Virus genome (UHGV): UHGV-0306691
From: a virus
DNA length: 11,944 nucleotides
Strand: one strand, 5' to 3'
Shown one piece after another: positions 1 through 6,393 of this stretch. Position 1 is the first letter of the stretch. Every line of letters begins with the position of its first letter. Below the pieces are notes generated by a model. The model made no database searches, had not been told where the DNA came from, and worked only from the letters and a program-made list of their open reading frames with translations. The position numbers and the translations under genes are program-made.

Positions 1-263
1 GGGGGATTACCAAAGGCAGCACCTTTAAGCTCCGCAAGACGTTCAGACCAGTCATGCGCCAGCGCGTTGTCTTCCGCAGTGTAATAAGCGGCACATTTGG
101 CGTTATCACCATCAGTGAACAGATCCAGAACAAACGGGCCAAACAGGGTGTTAATTCCCCAGAAAATGTTGTCCGGCGTGCGCCACTGATCGCCCACTTC
201 CTTCAGTTCATGGGCTGGTTTGTTCCGCAGCTCCACCAGCGCCTGGCAATATTTATTACTCAT
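1..263 (-). CDS. Phage Dam-type N6-adenine DNA methyltransferase, N-terminal part (gene continues beyond window start)
   Basis: Reverse-strand translation from ATG (complement of 261-263) gives MSNKYCQALVELRNKPAHELKEVGDQWRTPDNIFWGINTLFGPFVLDLFTDGDNAKCAAYYTAEDNALAHDWSERLAELKGAAFGNPPY..., with the W-x-TP motif and the (D/N)PPY catalytic motif of N6-adenine MTases. Start ATG overlaps the stop of the upstream gene (TAATG). No stop in window, so absent from the ORF track. Confidence 0.6.
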   Translation of the reverse strand, partial: MSNKYCQALVELRNKPAHELKEVGDQWRTPDNIFWGINTLFGPFVLDLFTDGDNAKCAAYYTAEDNALAHDWSERLAELKGAAFGNP

Positions 264-751
264 TAAGCCCCCACGTAATTCCCTGACAGATACCACTCTT
301 CACCCGATGCAGCGCGCTTGCTGCTTTTCCGTAAGCACCGCTCACGATGCGCCAGAAAATTGTTTCGTTCTGGCTGGGAGTGGCTTTCACGGAATGCCGC
401 CATCCACACCGTTGCAGCACGACGGTATAAGCCCCTGGACTCCAGTTCTTCCGCCTGGCGGGTCAGGCACAAAATCACCCGCGGGTCGTTAGTGCCGACA
501 TAGAAATTGCGCACAGGTCTGGTTTCACGAACTGGTTGTGGTTCCGGCTCCTGCGCTCTCTCAGTCAGGCGTGGGAAATGTCTGCGTGTATCTCCTTCAC
601 AACGGTGAGCCACACGCCCACTCTGACGTAACTTGCTTGCTGACTGCAGAACGCGCTGCCGTGAGTAACCAGCAAAAGCATCCGCAATGTCTCCGGAAGT
701 ACACCCCGGATGGGCTTCAATGAATTTCTGAACTTCATTCAAAAGACTCAT
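263..751 (-). CDS. Putative transcriptional regulator, N-terminal winged-helix-like region and C-terminal PerC-like motif (162 aa from ATG at 751; ORF track extends to 757)
   Basis: ORF 263..757; internal ATG at 751 is preceded by AGGGGG with 5-nt spacing, 2 nt after the O-like stop. C-terminal segment AEELESRGLYRRAATVWMAAF resembles the PerC/Pch family motif (E-x-[KR]-G-L-[WY]-R-R-A-A-x-x-W) as I recall it. Sits where lambda has P. Confidence 0.45.
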   Translation of the reverse strand: MSLLNEVQKFIEAHPGCTSGDIADAFAGYSRQRVLQSASKLRQSGRVAHRCEGDTRRHFPRLTERAQEPEPQPVRETRPVRNFYVGTNDPRVILCLTRQAEELESRGLYRRAATVWMAAFRESHSQPERNNFLAHRERCLRKSSKRAASGEEWYLSGNYVGA

Positions 752-753
752 GA

Positions 754-1746
754 TCACCCCCTGAATCCTGCCGGGATCTGGCTGTAGTCCACGTTGTCGT
801 AACTGGCTTTGAAGTACGGGTCTTCATGTTTTTCTGTGTGCGTGCTGACGGACGGCGATAAGCGCAGGGAAAGCTCATCCCATTTTTCCCGCAACTTCGA
901 CGGGCTGAGCACGTTACGGCACCAGAACGGATCGCGGCTGACGCGGCTGTACATCTCGCAGATTTGTTTGTGAGTACGACCATCCTGCACACACATCAGG
1001 CGAATTTCGTTTGCCCATGCTGTCCAGTTCGGTTCTTTGGGACGAACCACCTCGCCGTCACATTCGGCGGCCTGCTCGTACAGGGCGATGATTTTTTTCC
1101 AGAGCCACTGTGCGCAGGTCAAATCATCCTGCGTTCCCCACTGGCGCTTTTTAGGGCTGAATACAACCGCATCAGGATGGCGAGTTAAAAACTCCTGTTC
1201 AGCCGTTTGCGTGTCCGGTTGCGAAGCGTCCGGACGAGAAGAGGTTTTATTCTCTGTAGTAATCTCTGTTGTATTCTCTGTAAGATCATTGGGCCATTTT
1301 GACCCGATGACAGCGTGTCGTTTTGAACCAATGGATCGTGTCATTTTGCGCCCATCCATCAGGTCACTTTGACCCGATGGAGAAGTGCATTTTGACCTGA
1401 TGGATTCGTTCACTTTGACCTCTTCTAAAAGCTCACTTTCATAGTTGATCGTGTAGAAGTTGGTCATGTCACGCTTCGATTTATTGAGTTGCTCGCGACG
1501 CAAAACCCCAAGTGATTTCAGGCTTGCAAATGTGCGTTTCAGAGTGGACTCTGACCAGAACGGAAACTGCTCCAGCCACTGTTCTGTCGTGTTATAAACC
1601 CAGCGAATTCCGCCATGCTCAGTGCCTGAATTCGTTTCATTCAGCCAGTAATGAAGCTGCTGCAACACAATTGCCTCATTCAGACCAATACGGCATGCAA
1701 GATCACGATTTATCACAATGGGCTGGGATGTCATTAACAGGCTCAT
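754..1746 (-). CDS. Replication initiation protein, lambda O-like (ori iterons inside the coding sequence)
   Basis: 330-aa ORF, RBS GAGGT 5 nt upstream of ATG. Position after cro/CII-like genes and six ~17-bp direct repeats at ~23-bp spacing inside the gene (1295-1420) are the hallmark of lambdoid O genes. Low-complexity linker with codon repeats (TENTTEITTEN). Confidence 0.75.
   Translation of the reverse strand: MSLLMTSQPIVINRDLACRIGLNEAIVLQQLHYWLNETNSGTEHGGIRWVYNTTEQWLEQFPFWSESTLKRTFASLKSLGVLRREQLNKSKRDMTNFYTINYESELLEEVKVNESIRSKCTSPSGQSDLMDGRKMTRSIGSKRHAVIGSKWPNDLTENTTEITTENKTSSRPDASQPDTQTAEQEFLTRHPDAVVFSPKKRQWGTQDDLTCAQWLWKKIIALYEQAAECDGEVVRPKEPNWTAWANEIRLMCVQDGRTHKQICEMYSRVSRDPFWCRNVLSPSKLREKWDELSLRLSPSVSTHTEKHEDPYFKASYDNVDYSQIPAGFRG
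1295..1420. repeat. Origin of replication iterons: six direct repeats, consensus ~CAyTTTGACCnGATGGA, period 23-24 bp
   Basis: Copies start at 1295, 1319, 1342, 1365, 1388 and 1411 (last one partial): cattttgacccgatga / cgttttgaaccaatgga / cattttgcgcccatcca / cactttgacccgatgga / cattttgacctgatgga / cactttgacc. Followed by a moderately AT-rich stretch 1421-1500. Lies inside the O-like gene, as in lambda ori. Confidence 0.65.
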
Positions 1747-1915
1747 GACCGACCTCTATTTCCCTGAATTTACGACGAAACTGTTCGAGCGGACTGAAGC
1801 ATTCATGTTCATAGCCTTCACGGAGGTAGATAACCCGTTGTGTTTCCGGCTCCCAACGAATGACTCTGACGGGCACTCCGTAGTGATCTTTGAACCAGCG
1901 GTTAACTTGTCGCAA
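1703..1915 (-). CDS. Small hypothetical protein (70 aa, TTG start); alternative to or overlapping with 1756..2094
   Basis: Strong SD (AAGGAG, 6-nt spacing) before TTG at 1915. Product [46 protein letters not shown]... has a globular-looking composition and resembles small prophage proteins I recall as DUF4222-like (uncertain). Overlaps the O-like start by 44 nt and the 112-aa ORF by 160 nt in another frame. Confidence 0.3.
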   Translation of the reverse strand: MRQVNRWFKDHYGVPVRVIRWEPETQRVIYLREGYEHECFSPLEQFRRKFREIEVGHEPVNDIPAHCDKS

Positions 1916-2094
1916 AGGACTGTCTCCTTCTGCCGGTTGAAATCACCCACAGCCCACTCTGCAAATCTGTGGGTTACAATTTCCCTGTCACCTGGTACAT
2001 TCACTGCATAGCAATACTCCACCTTCGCTTTTCCACCCGGTACAGGAAGCGCAATCAGTTGCGAGCGACGGTAGTGTGTTGTTAAACTGTTCAT
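1756..2094 (-). CDS. Hypothetical protein (112 aa), translationally coupled between the CII-like and O-like genes
   Basis: ATG overlaps the stop of the 196-aa gene (ATGA at 2091-2094) and ends 10 nt before the O-like ATG. N-terminal half looks protein-like; C-terminal third (S/N-rich) looks like out-of-frame sequence, so the true coding frame here is unresolved. Confidence 0.35.
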   Translation of the reverse strand: MNSLTTHYRRSQLIALPVPGGKAKVEYCYAVNVPGDREIVTHRFAEWAVGDFNRQKETVLCDKLTAGSKITTECPSESFVGSRKHNGLSTSVKAMNMNASVRSNSFVVNSGK

Positions 2095-2681
2095 GCGTTA
2101 GTTTCTCCACAACCAGAAGCAATCGACGCCACGACGCCCGGAGCTGCACACTCGCGGGCGTCATTACTTTCTGAAATGCAAAAAATTTTGTAGACCAGTG
2201 CTGCATGCTCCTGGAGCTTCGAAATTGAGAGATACAGTTCGTCGTTAATTGCTGTCTTCTCATGCGGTTCCACTACACCGTCTTCGATTGCTGAACGAAT
2301 CTGTCTGGAATAACTGCCGATCTGTTCAATGACTTCCAGCAGACGCTGGTTAATATCGGCGTTGTCCACATCCTCGACGTCAGGAAGAGACACAAAGACG
2401 CCATTTGCAGACTGCGCCACAGCGTCAGCAATGAAGTGAGTGCCACCAGCACGTTGCAAAATCATTGCCCATCCCAGCGGGAAAATCTGATCACCATCGG
2501 CACGAAGGCGGTTAAATAATGCGTTCTCTGTTACATCCAGCCAATCAGCTGCTTCAGCGTAACCACCCGGCAACGTTGCGATAGTTTTTCTGACAGCTTT
2601 CACGTACCACTCAGGCTGTTTTTCTACTTTCCAGTGATGCTTACCCACGGCTATCTCCTTAAAACTGTGGTTACTTTCCAT
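2091..2681 (-). CDS. CII-like / YdaT-family phage regulatory protein (196 aa)
   Basis: Immediately downstream of the cro-like gene with an 11-nt overlap, the position of cII in lambdoid phages and of ydaT after ydaS in Rac-type prophages. Family assignment is by context and general resemblance only. Confidence 0.45.
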   Translation of the reverse strand: MESNHSFKEIAVGKHHWKVEKQPEWYVKAVRKTIATLPGGYAEAADWLDVTENALFNRLRADGDQIFPLGWAMILQRAGGTHFIADAVAQSANGVFVSLPDVEDVDNADINQRLLEVIEQIGSYSRQIRSAIEDGVVEPHEKTAINDELYLSISKLQEHAALVYKIFCISESNDARECAAPGVVASIASGCGETNA

Positions 2682-2919
2682 CTGATAAGTCTTTAATCTT
2701 TTGAAAAATATCTGGACGTAATTTTTCTTTTGATACGCCAGTGGTCATTTCAATGAATATCGAAAGCTTTGCAGGGGGACGCTTTTCTCTGTTCAACCAG
2801 TTCCATACATGTTGTTGCTTTACTAAACGACCACTGCTGGCTGTGAGCTTCCGAGCCAATTCTGATTGACCACCAGCCAGAGCGATTGCCTCTGATAAGG
2901 CTAATTGCTCAGGTGTCAT
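2671..2919 (-). CDS. cro: Cro-like HTH DNA-binding protein (YdaS/Cro family), 82 aa
   Basis: Divergent from the cI-like gene across the operator region. AGGAG SD 6 nt upstream of ATG. Product contains IALAGGQSELARKL HTH-like segment and C-terminal LRPDIF motif typical of YdaS/Cro-like proteins as I recall them. Confidence 0.65.
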   Translation of the reverse strand: MTPEQLALSEAIALAGGQSELARKLTASSGRLVKQQHVWNWLNREKRPPAKLSIFIEMTTGVSKEKLRPDIFQKIKDLSDGK

Positions 2920-3056
2920 AGCTTTCTCCTATCTGTAAGTAGTAAAGTTGTTGATAACTTCGATTATACAACTACAACAACTTTTATCACAACTTTTAGA
3001 TGTTGGAAAGCTAAAACATAAAGTTGTAACCTCAATAAAAACGAGGGGGATAGGTT
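2920..3056. promoter_or_regulatory. OR-like divergent promoter/operator region between cro-like and cI-like genes
   Basis: Leftward promoter: perfect TATAAT on minus strand (complement of 2963-2968) with TTGTGA -35 at 18-nt spacing (complement of 2987-2992), about 37 nt upstream of the cro ATG. Repeated operator-like motifs: TAAAGTTGT at 2943-2951 and 3019-3027; AAGTTGTTGATAACTT (2945-2960, palindromic ends); ACAACTTTTAGATGTTG at 2989-3005. Confidence 0.55.
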
Positions 3057-3743
3057 GTGAAAACATTGGCAGATAGACTAAAAAGCGAAAGAGAAAAAGC
3101 AGGAATGAGTCAGGCGCAACTAGCTGAAAAAATTGGACTTTCACAACAATCCGTAGCAAAAATCGAGAATGGAGAAACTCAACAGCCTCGGAAAATTAAA
3201 GAGATTGCTAAAGTGTTAGGGGTTTCTCAAAAGTGGTTGCAATTGGGCATTGAGGATAACGCGTCTTTCCCAGACCTTGTTGTAAAGGAGGCTGAAAGTA
3301 CAGCATTAGATCCTGACATTTTTGCAAACATTCCTGTCCTGGATGTCGAGTTATCAGCGGGTAATGGATGTTTGGCTGAAATAGTTGAATCAACTGTAGA
3401 CTGGTTCCCGCTAAGAAGGATTGATTTAAGAAAAGCTGGTGTATGTGTCTCCAATGCAAAGATCGTAAAAATTTGGGGTAATAGTTTACTACCTGTACTT
3501 AACAATGGAGATTTTGTTGCTGTTGATGTTTCCCAAACAGTTCCTATTCGTGATGGGGATCTTTATGCTATACGTGATGGCGTATTACTTAGAGTTAAAA
3601 TATTGATCAATTTACCTGACGGTGGTCTGATTCTAAGAAGTTTCAATAAAGATGAGTATCCAGATGAAATACTCACCTTCGAAGATAGGCGTTCCAGAAT
3701 TCACGTTATAGGTAGAGTATTCTGGTCATCGCGCACTTGGTAA
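3057..3743 (+). CDS. cI: cI-like prophage repressor (N-terminal XRE-type HTH, C-terminal LexA/S24 peptidase-like autocleavage domain)
   Basis: 228 aa, GTG start after GAGGGGG. HTH segment MSQAQLAEKIGLSQQSVAKIENGE; C-terminal domain with G-N-S (GNSLLP) and downstream Lys (LRVKIL) in the arrangement of the S24 Ser/Lys dyad. Divergent from the cro-like gene. Confidence 0.85.
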   Translation: MKTLADRLKSEREKAGMSQAQLAEKIGLSQQSVAKIENGETQQPRKIKEIAKVLGVSQKWLQLGIEDNASFPDLVVKEAESTALDPDIFANIPVLDVELSAGNGCLAEIVESTVDWFPLRRIDLRKAGVCVSNAKIVKIWGNSLLPVLNNGDFVAVDVSQTVPIRDGDLYAIRDGVLLRVKILINLPDGGLILRSFNKDEYPDEILTFEDRRSRIHVIGRVFWSSRTW

Positions 3744-3801
3744 TGCATCAAAAAGCATTCCTTCAGAAATTTAGTTTCTATTATTATCCGCCTTTTCAAT
3801 C

Positions 3802-3840
3802 TTCCTTCCGTGATTTGAGAGTTTCCAATCACGGAAGGAA
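3802..3840. repeat. Perfect 14-bp inverted repeat (TTCCTTCCGTGATT / AATCACGGAAGGAA) with 11-nt loop, downstream of cI
   Basis: Arms 3802-3815 and 3827-3840, directly visible. No flanking T-tract on either strand, so not a canonical intrinsic terminator; could be a processing site, protein-binding site or structure-dependent terminator. Confidence 0.5.
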
Positions 3841-3929
3841 AGTATCCCTTGTGTAATTAAAAGCGCATCGTCCATACAACCTCCTTTTTTGATAATCCTT
3901 GCCCTCATTTCACGTCCGTCAAAACCACA

Positions 3930-3983
3930 TAAAGTTGTTGACAACAACCAAAACAACAACTAGATTACAACTTAAAGATGTTG
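3930..3983 (+). promoter_or_regulatory. OL/pL-like rightward promoter with operator motifs shared with OR
   Basis: TTGACA at 3938-3943, 17-nt spacer, TAGATT at 3961-3966. TAAAGTTGT (3930-3938) overlaps the -35; ACAACTTAAAGATGTTG (3967-3983) matches the OR copy at 2989-3005 in 16 of 17 positions. Placement downstream of cI, pointing into the early-left operon, mirrors lambda pL. Confidence 0.5.
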
Positions 3984-4076
3984 CAGTAACGAACAGGCAG
4001 GACGCCCACGAAGTAGCCGCCGGTGGCGTATGAATGACCGGATGATTCGTTAAATACTATGTGTAAGAGAGCGCAA

Positions 4077-4280
4077 ATGAACCGTTATTTCACATGCTCG
4101 TTTTGTGGCGCAAACGAGCTGCAGGCAAAAAAAATCATCGCCAAAGGCGGAAAAGATGAAGTTGCTATCTGCTCTGAGTGCGTAGTCTTGTGTGTCGGGG
4201 CATTAATCAATATCAGCACAACTATTCAGTTCACACCAAATGAGAATGCGCCTTTAGATGCGCGGAAATCTGGAGGTTAA
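4077..4280 (+). CDS. Small protein with ClpX-type C4 zinc-finger (ClpX N-terminal zinc-binding-domain-like), 67 aa
   Basis: CSFCG-x18-CSECVVLC matches the ClpX ZBD signature (E. coli ClpX: CSFCG...KLIAG...YICDECVDLC), including the K-[LI]-I-A-[GK] segment. ATG at 4077 preceded by AAGAGAG; first gene after the pL-like promoter. Confidence 0.6.
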   Translation: MNRYFTCSFCGANELQAKKIIAKGGKDEVAICSECVVLCVGALINISTTIQFTPNENAPLDARKSGG

Positions 4281-4369
4281 AGAACAAAATGAAAGTCCAG
4301 ATTTTAAACAATAACTGTGAAGTCGTTTGGGCGTAAAACATGACCGCGCGTAGACCAAGGGAGGAAAAA

Positions 4370-4546
4370 GTGGGAATAGTTAGAAATCAAGCAGATATAT
4401 TGAAAATCAGCTCTGAATTGCTTGGAGTTTTGAAAAGTGAGCTCACCGCACATGGCATCGAGCCCACTGACGAAAATTTAAGTTGGGTTTTGTCGATTAT
4501 TCAACAATCACTCAAGCCCAGCCTCAGCAAACTTTTTATCGAGTAG
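4370..4546 (+). CDS. Hypothetical small protein (58 aa, GTG start)
   Basis: GGGAGG SD 5 nt upstream of GTG 4370; the ATG at 4340 has no SD. Helical-looking product. 3' end overlaps a convergent minus-strand ORF by 39 nt. Confidence 0.3.
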   Translation: MGIVRNQADILKISSELLGVLKSELTAHGIEPTDENLSWVLSIIQQSLKPSLSKLFIE

Positions 4547-4699
4547 TGCTTCGAACTTATCGTAAAGCTTGCTTATGTCGTCTATCGGGTTTTCTGACGT
4601 ACTGTAATTTTTATCTGATGTCATGGCAGCAGTCTGATATGCAGTGTGAGTCTTAACCGATAGTTGGAATAAATAAAGAATTTTTTCTTCTTTGGTCAT
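4508..4699 (-). CDS. Hypothetical small protein (63 aa), antisense-oriented within the early-left region
   Basis: ATG (complement of 4697-4699) preceded by AAGGAAA SD; product MTKEEKILYLFQLSVKTHTAYQ... Convergent with and overlapping 4370..4546. No family recognised. Confidence 0.3.
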   Translation of the reverse strand: MTKEEKILYLFQLSVKTHTAYQTAAMTSDKNYSTSENPIDDISKLYDKFEALLDKKFAEAGLE

Positions 4700-4939
4700 A
4701 ACTATTTCCTTCTTGGCTATATGAAAACACCAAGATACCACCGAGCCTGAAGTGGTGAAAAGACAGGCACATAACAGCTAAGTATTTTCAACCAGAGAGA
4801 ATCCTTAGCGTTGTGGTGAATGCGCAGGCTGATGCGCGAAAGACATTGCAGCTATTGCGGAAAAGAGCTGTTCGGCGGGGCAATTAAACGCCCGTGAGAG
4901 TCTGAAATAACCGCAAGCCGGAGATCAGCACCGGTCACC

Positions 4940-5003
4940 ACAACAGCCACTGCTTTGGCGGTACCAGTTTGTACACTTGCTTCCGGCTGGTACCGCTCTT
5001 TTT
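4940..5003 (+). ncRNA. Putative DicF-like prophage sRNA ending in an intrinsic terminator
   Basis: TTTGGCGGTACCAGTTT (4954-4970) matches 16 of 17 positions of the DicF core as I recall it (UUUGGCGGUAUCAGUUU). 10-bp terminator stem (4958-4967 / 4987-4996, 19-nt loop) followed by UCUUUUU (4997-5003). Lies in a ~400-nt non-coding gap (4742-5140) inside the operon. 5' end is approximate; identification is from memory, not a search. Confidence 0.4.
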
Positions 5004-5092
5004 ACAAAACAGAGAAGAGCATCACCGGACGACGGGCTCATAACCCAATCCACCCGGGCGGCTGCCACCGCAGGTGTTCTTCTCTGTTTTGT
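5004..5092 (+). other. Long RNA hairpin (about 20 bp stem, 49-nt internal region) immediately 3' of the DicF-like terminator; candidate RNase III processing site
   Basis: 5004-5023 (ACAAAACAGAGAAGAGCATC) pairs with 5073-5092 (GGTGTTCTTCTCTGTTTTGT) with two G-U wobbles and no mismatches; verified base by base. Located upstream of the yfdP-like start at 5141. Confidence 0.45.
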
Positions 5093-5140
5093 GGAGAAAC
5101 CAACCGACCTTGCAGGGTCGATATGATGAGGAGCAGCAAA

Positions 5141-5503
5141 ATGGCTAGCGAACGCAGTACTGATGTGCAGGCATTTATCGGGGAGCTGGACGGCGGCGTA
5201 TTTGAAACCAAAATCGGCGCAGTTCTCAGTGAAGTCGCTTCCGGTGTGATGAACACGAAAACCAAAGGTAAGGTCTCGCTCAACCTGGAAATCGAACCGT
5301 TTGATGAGAACCGTGTGAAAATCAAACACAAACTCTCATATGTTCGCCCGACTAACCGCGGGAAAATTTCCGAAGAAGACACCACCGAAACGCCGATGTA
5401 TGTCAATCGCGGTGGTCGTCTGACTATTCTGCAGGAAGACCAGGGACAATTACTGACTCTTGCCGGTGAACCTGACGGAAAACTCCGCGCAGCAGGTAAT
5501 TAA
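5141..5503 (+). CDS. Hypothetical protein, YfdP-like (120 aa)
   Basis: ATG at 5141 preceded by GAGGAG; the ORF-track extension back to 4955 covers the structured RNA region and is unlikely to be coding. Length and position upstream of a 274-aa gene match K-12 KplE1 yfdP as I recall it. Confidence 0.5.
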   Translation: MASERSTDVQAFIGELDGGVFETKIGAVLSEVASGVMNTKTKGKVSLNLEIEPFDENRVKIKHKLSYVRPTNRGKISEEDTTETPMYVNRGGRLTILQEDQGQLLTLAGEPDGKLRAAGN

Positions 5504-5568
5504 TATCGTTCTTAATTAACTGATTATTTATCTCATCACTGAATATCTTTATATAGTGAGGACTTATT

Positions 5569-6393
5569 ATGTCTCAGAACTTAGACGCAACCGCAATTAA
5601 TCAAATCCATGCCCTTATTTCTGCTCAGGGTGTTAATGAAATTATCAGTAAGATTGGTGCCGATGCAGTGGCATTGCCTGAGAATTTCCGCATTCATGAT
5701 CTGGAAAAATTTAATTTAAATCGCTTCCGTTTCCGTGGTGCGCTTTCCACTGCCAGCATCGATGACTTTACCCGTTATTCTAAAGATCTTGCAGATGAAG
5801 GCACCCGCTGCTTTATCGATGCTGATAATATGCGTGCCGTCAGTGTACTTAACCTGGGTACTATTGATGAACCAGGTCACGCAGATAACACCGCCACCCT
5901 CAAACTGAAAAAGACAGCACCGTTCTCTGCCCTGTTGTCTGTTAACGGCGAGCGTAACTCCCAGAAGTCACTGGCAGAATGGATTGAAGACTGGGCCGAC
6001 TACCTTGTGGGCTTTGATGCTAATGGTGACACCATTCAGGCAACCAAAGCGGCTGCGGCAGTCCGTAAAATCACAATTGAAGCAAACCAGACCGCTGATT
6101 TTGAAGACAATGACTTCAGCGGCAAACGCTCTCTGATGGAGTCTGTCGAAGCGAAAACCAAAGACATTATGCCAGTGGCATTTGAATTTAAATGCGTTCC
6201 GTTTGAAGGCCTGAAAGAACGTCCGTTTAAATTACGCCTCAGCATTCTCACTGGCGATCGTCCTGTACTGGTTCTGCGCATTATTCAGCTGGAAGCAGTG
6301 CAGGAGGAAATGGCTAACGAATTTCGTGATCTGCTTGTTGAGAAATTCAAAGACAGCAAAGTAGAAACCTTTATTGGTACTTTCACCGCCTGA
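5569..6393 (+). CDS. yfdQ: YfdQ-like protein (DUF2303 family), 274 aa
   Basis: Clean ORF with GAGGA SD 6 nt upstream. Length identical to K-12 YfdQ as I recall (274 aa) and followed by an HD-domain gene of YfdR length. Homology not verified. Confidence 0.55.
   Translation: MSQNLDATAINQIHALISAQGVNEIISKIGADAVALPENFRIHDLEKFNLNRFRFRGALSTASIDDFTRYSKDLADEGTRCFIDADNMRAVSVLNLGTIDEPGHADNTATLKLKKTAPFSALLSVNGERNSQKSLAEWIEDWADYLVGFDANGDTIQATKAAAAVRKITIEANQTADFEDNDFSGKRSLMESVEAKTKDIMPVAFEFKCVPFEGLKERPFKLRLSILTGDRPVLVLRIIQLEAVQEEMANEFRDLLVEKFKDSKVETFIGTFTA

Noticed and set aside
233-240. Chi octamer (GCTGGTGG on the minus strand)
   Set aside because: A single occurrence is expected by chance at enterobacterial frequency; no evidence of function here.
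54-492. Plus-strand ORFs 54..266 and 220..492
   Set aside because: They lie antisense to the Dam-like and PerC-like genes, which have recognisable motifs and coupled starts; no SD and implausible composition.
1250-1284. Short tandem tctctgt repeats, considered as a possible repeat array
   Set aside because: They are in-frame codon repeats inside the O-like linker (TENTTEITTEN), not a CRISPR-like or independent repeat element.
1037-1372. Plus-strand ORFs 964..1188 and 1037..1372 inside the O-like gene
   Set aside because: Antisense to a gene with clear replication-initiator context; Cys-rich unnatural sequence; the region holds the iterons.
2091-2919. Reading the Cro-like/CII-like pair as a YdaS-YdaT toxin-antitoxin module
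   Set aside because: Position divergent from cI across an operator region and upstream of the replication genes fits cro/cII-type regulators; the TA label of this family is database nomenclature and nothing in the sequence points to toxin function.
2929-3159. Minus-strand 76-aa hydrophobic ORF spanning the operator region and the cI start
   Set aside because: Overlaps the divergent promoter/operator region and the 5' end of cI; its hydrophobicity is what AT-rich regulatory DNA gives in this frame.
3208-3505. Minus-strand ORFs 3208..3459 and 3227..3505 inside cI
   Set aside because: Antisense to the well-supported cI-like repressor gene.
4289-4336. 15-codon ORF (MKVQILNNNCEVVWA) between the ClpX-ZF gene and the next ORF
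   Set aside because: Too short and without distinctive features to call; could be a leader peptide but there is no evidence.
4955-5140. Upstream extension of the ORF-track 182-aa ORF (4955..5503)
   Set aside because: That stretch consists of the terminator hairpin and the 20-bp stem; the SD-supported ATG at 5141 gives a 120-aa protein, so the extension is treated as structured RNA.
4925-5406. Minus-strand ORFs 4925..5329 and 5038..5406
   Set aside because: Antisense to the DicF-like/structured RNA region and the yfdP-like gene; no SD, Cys/Ser-rich.
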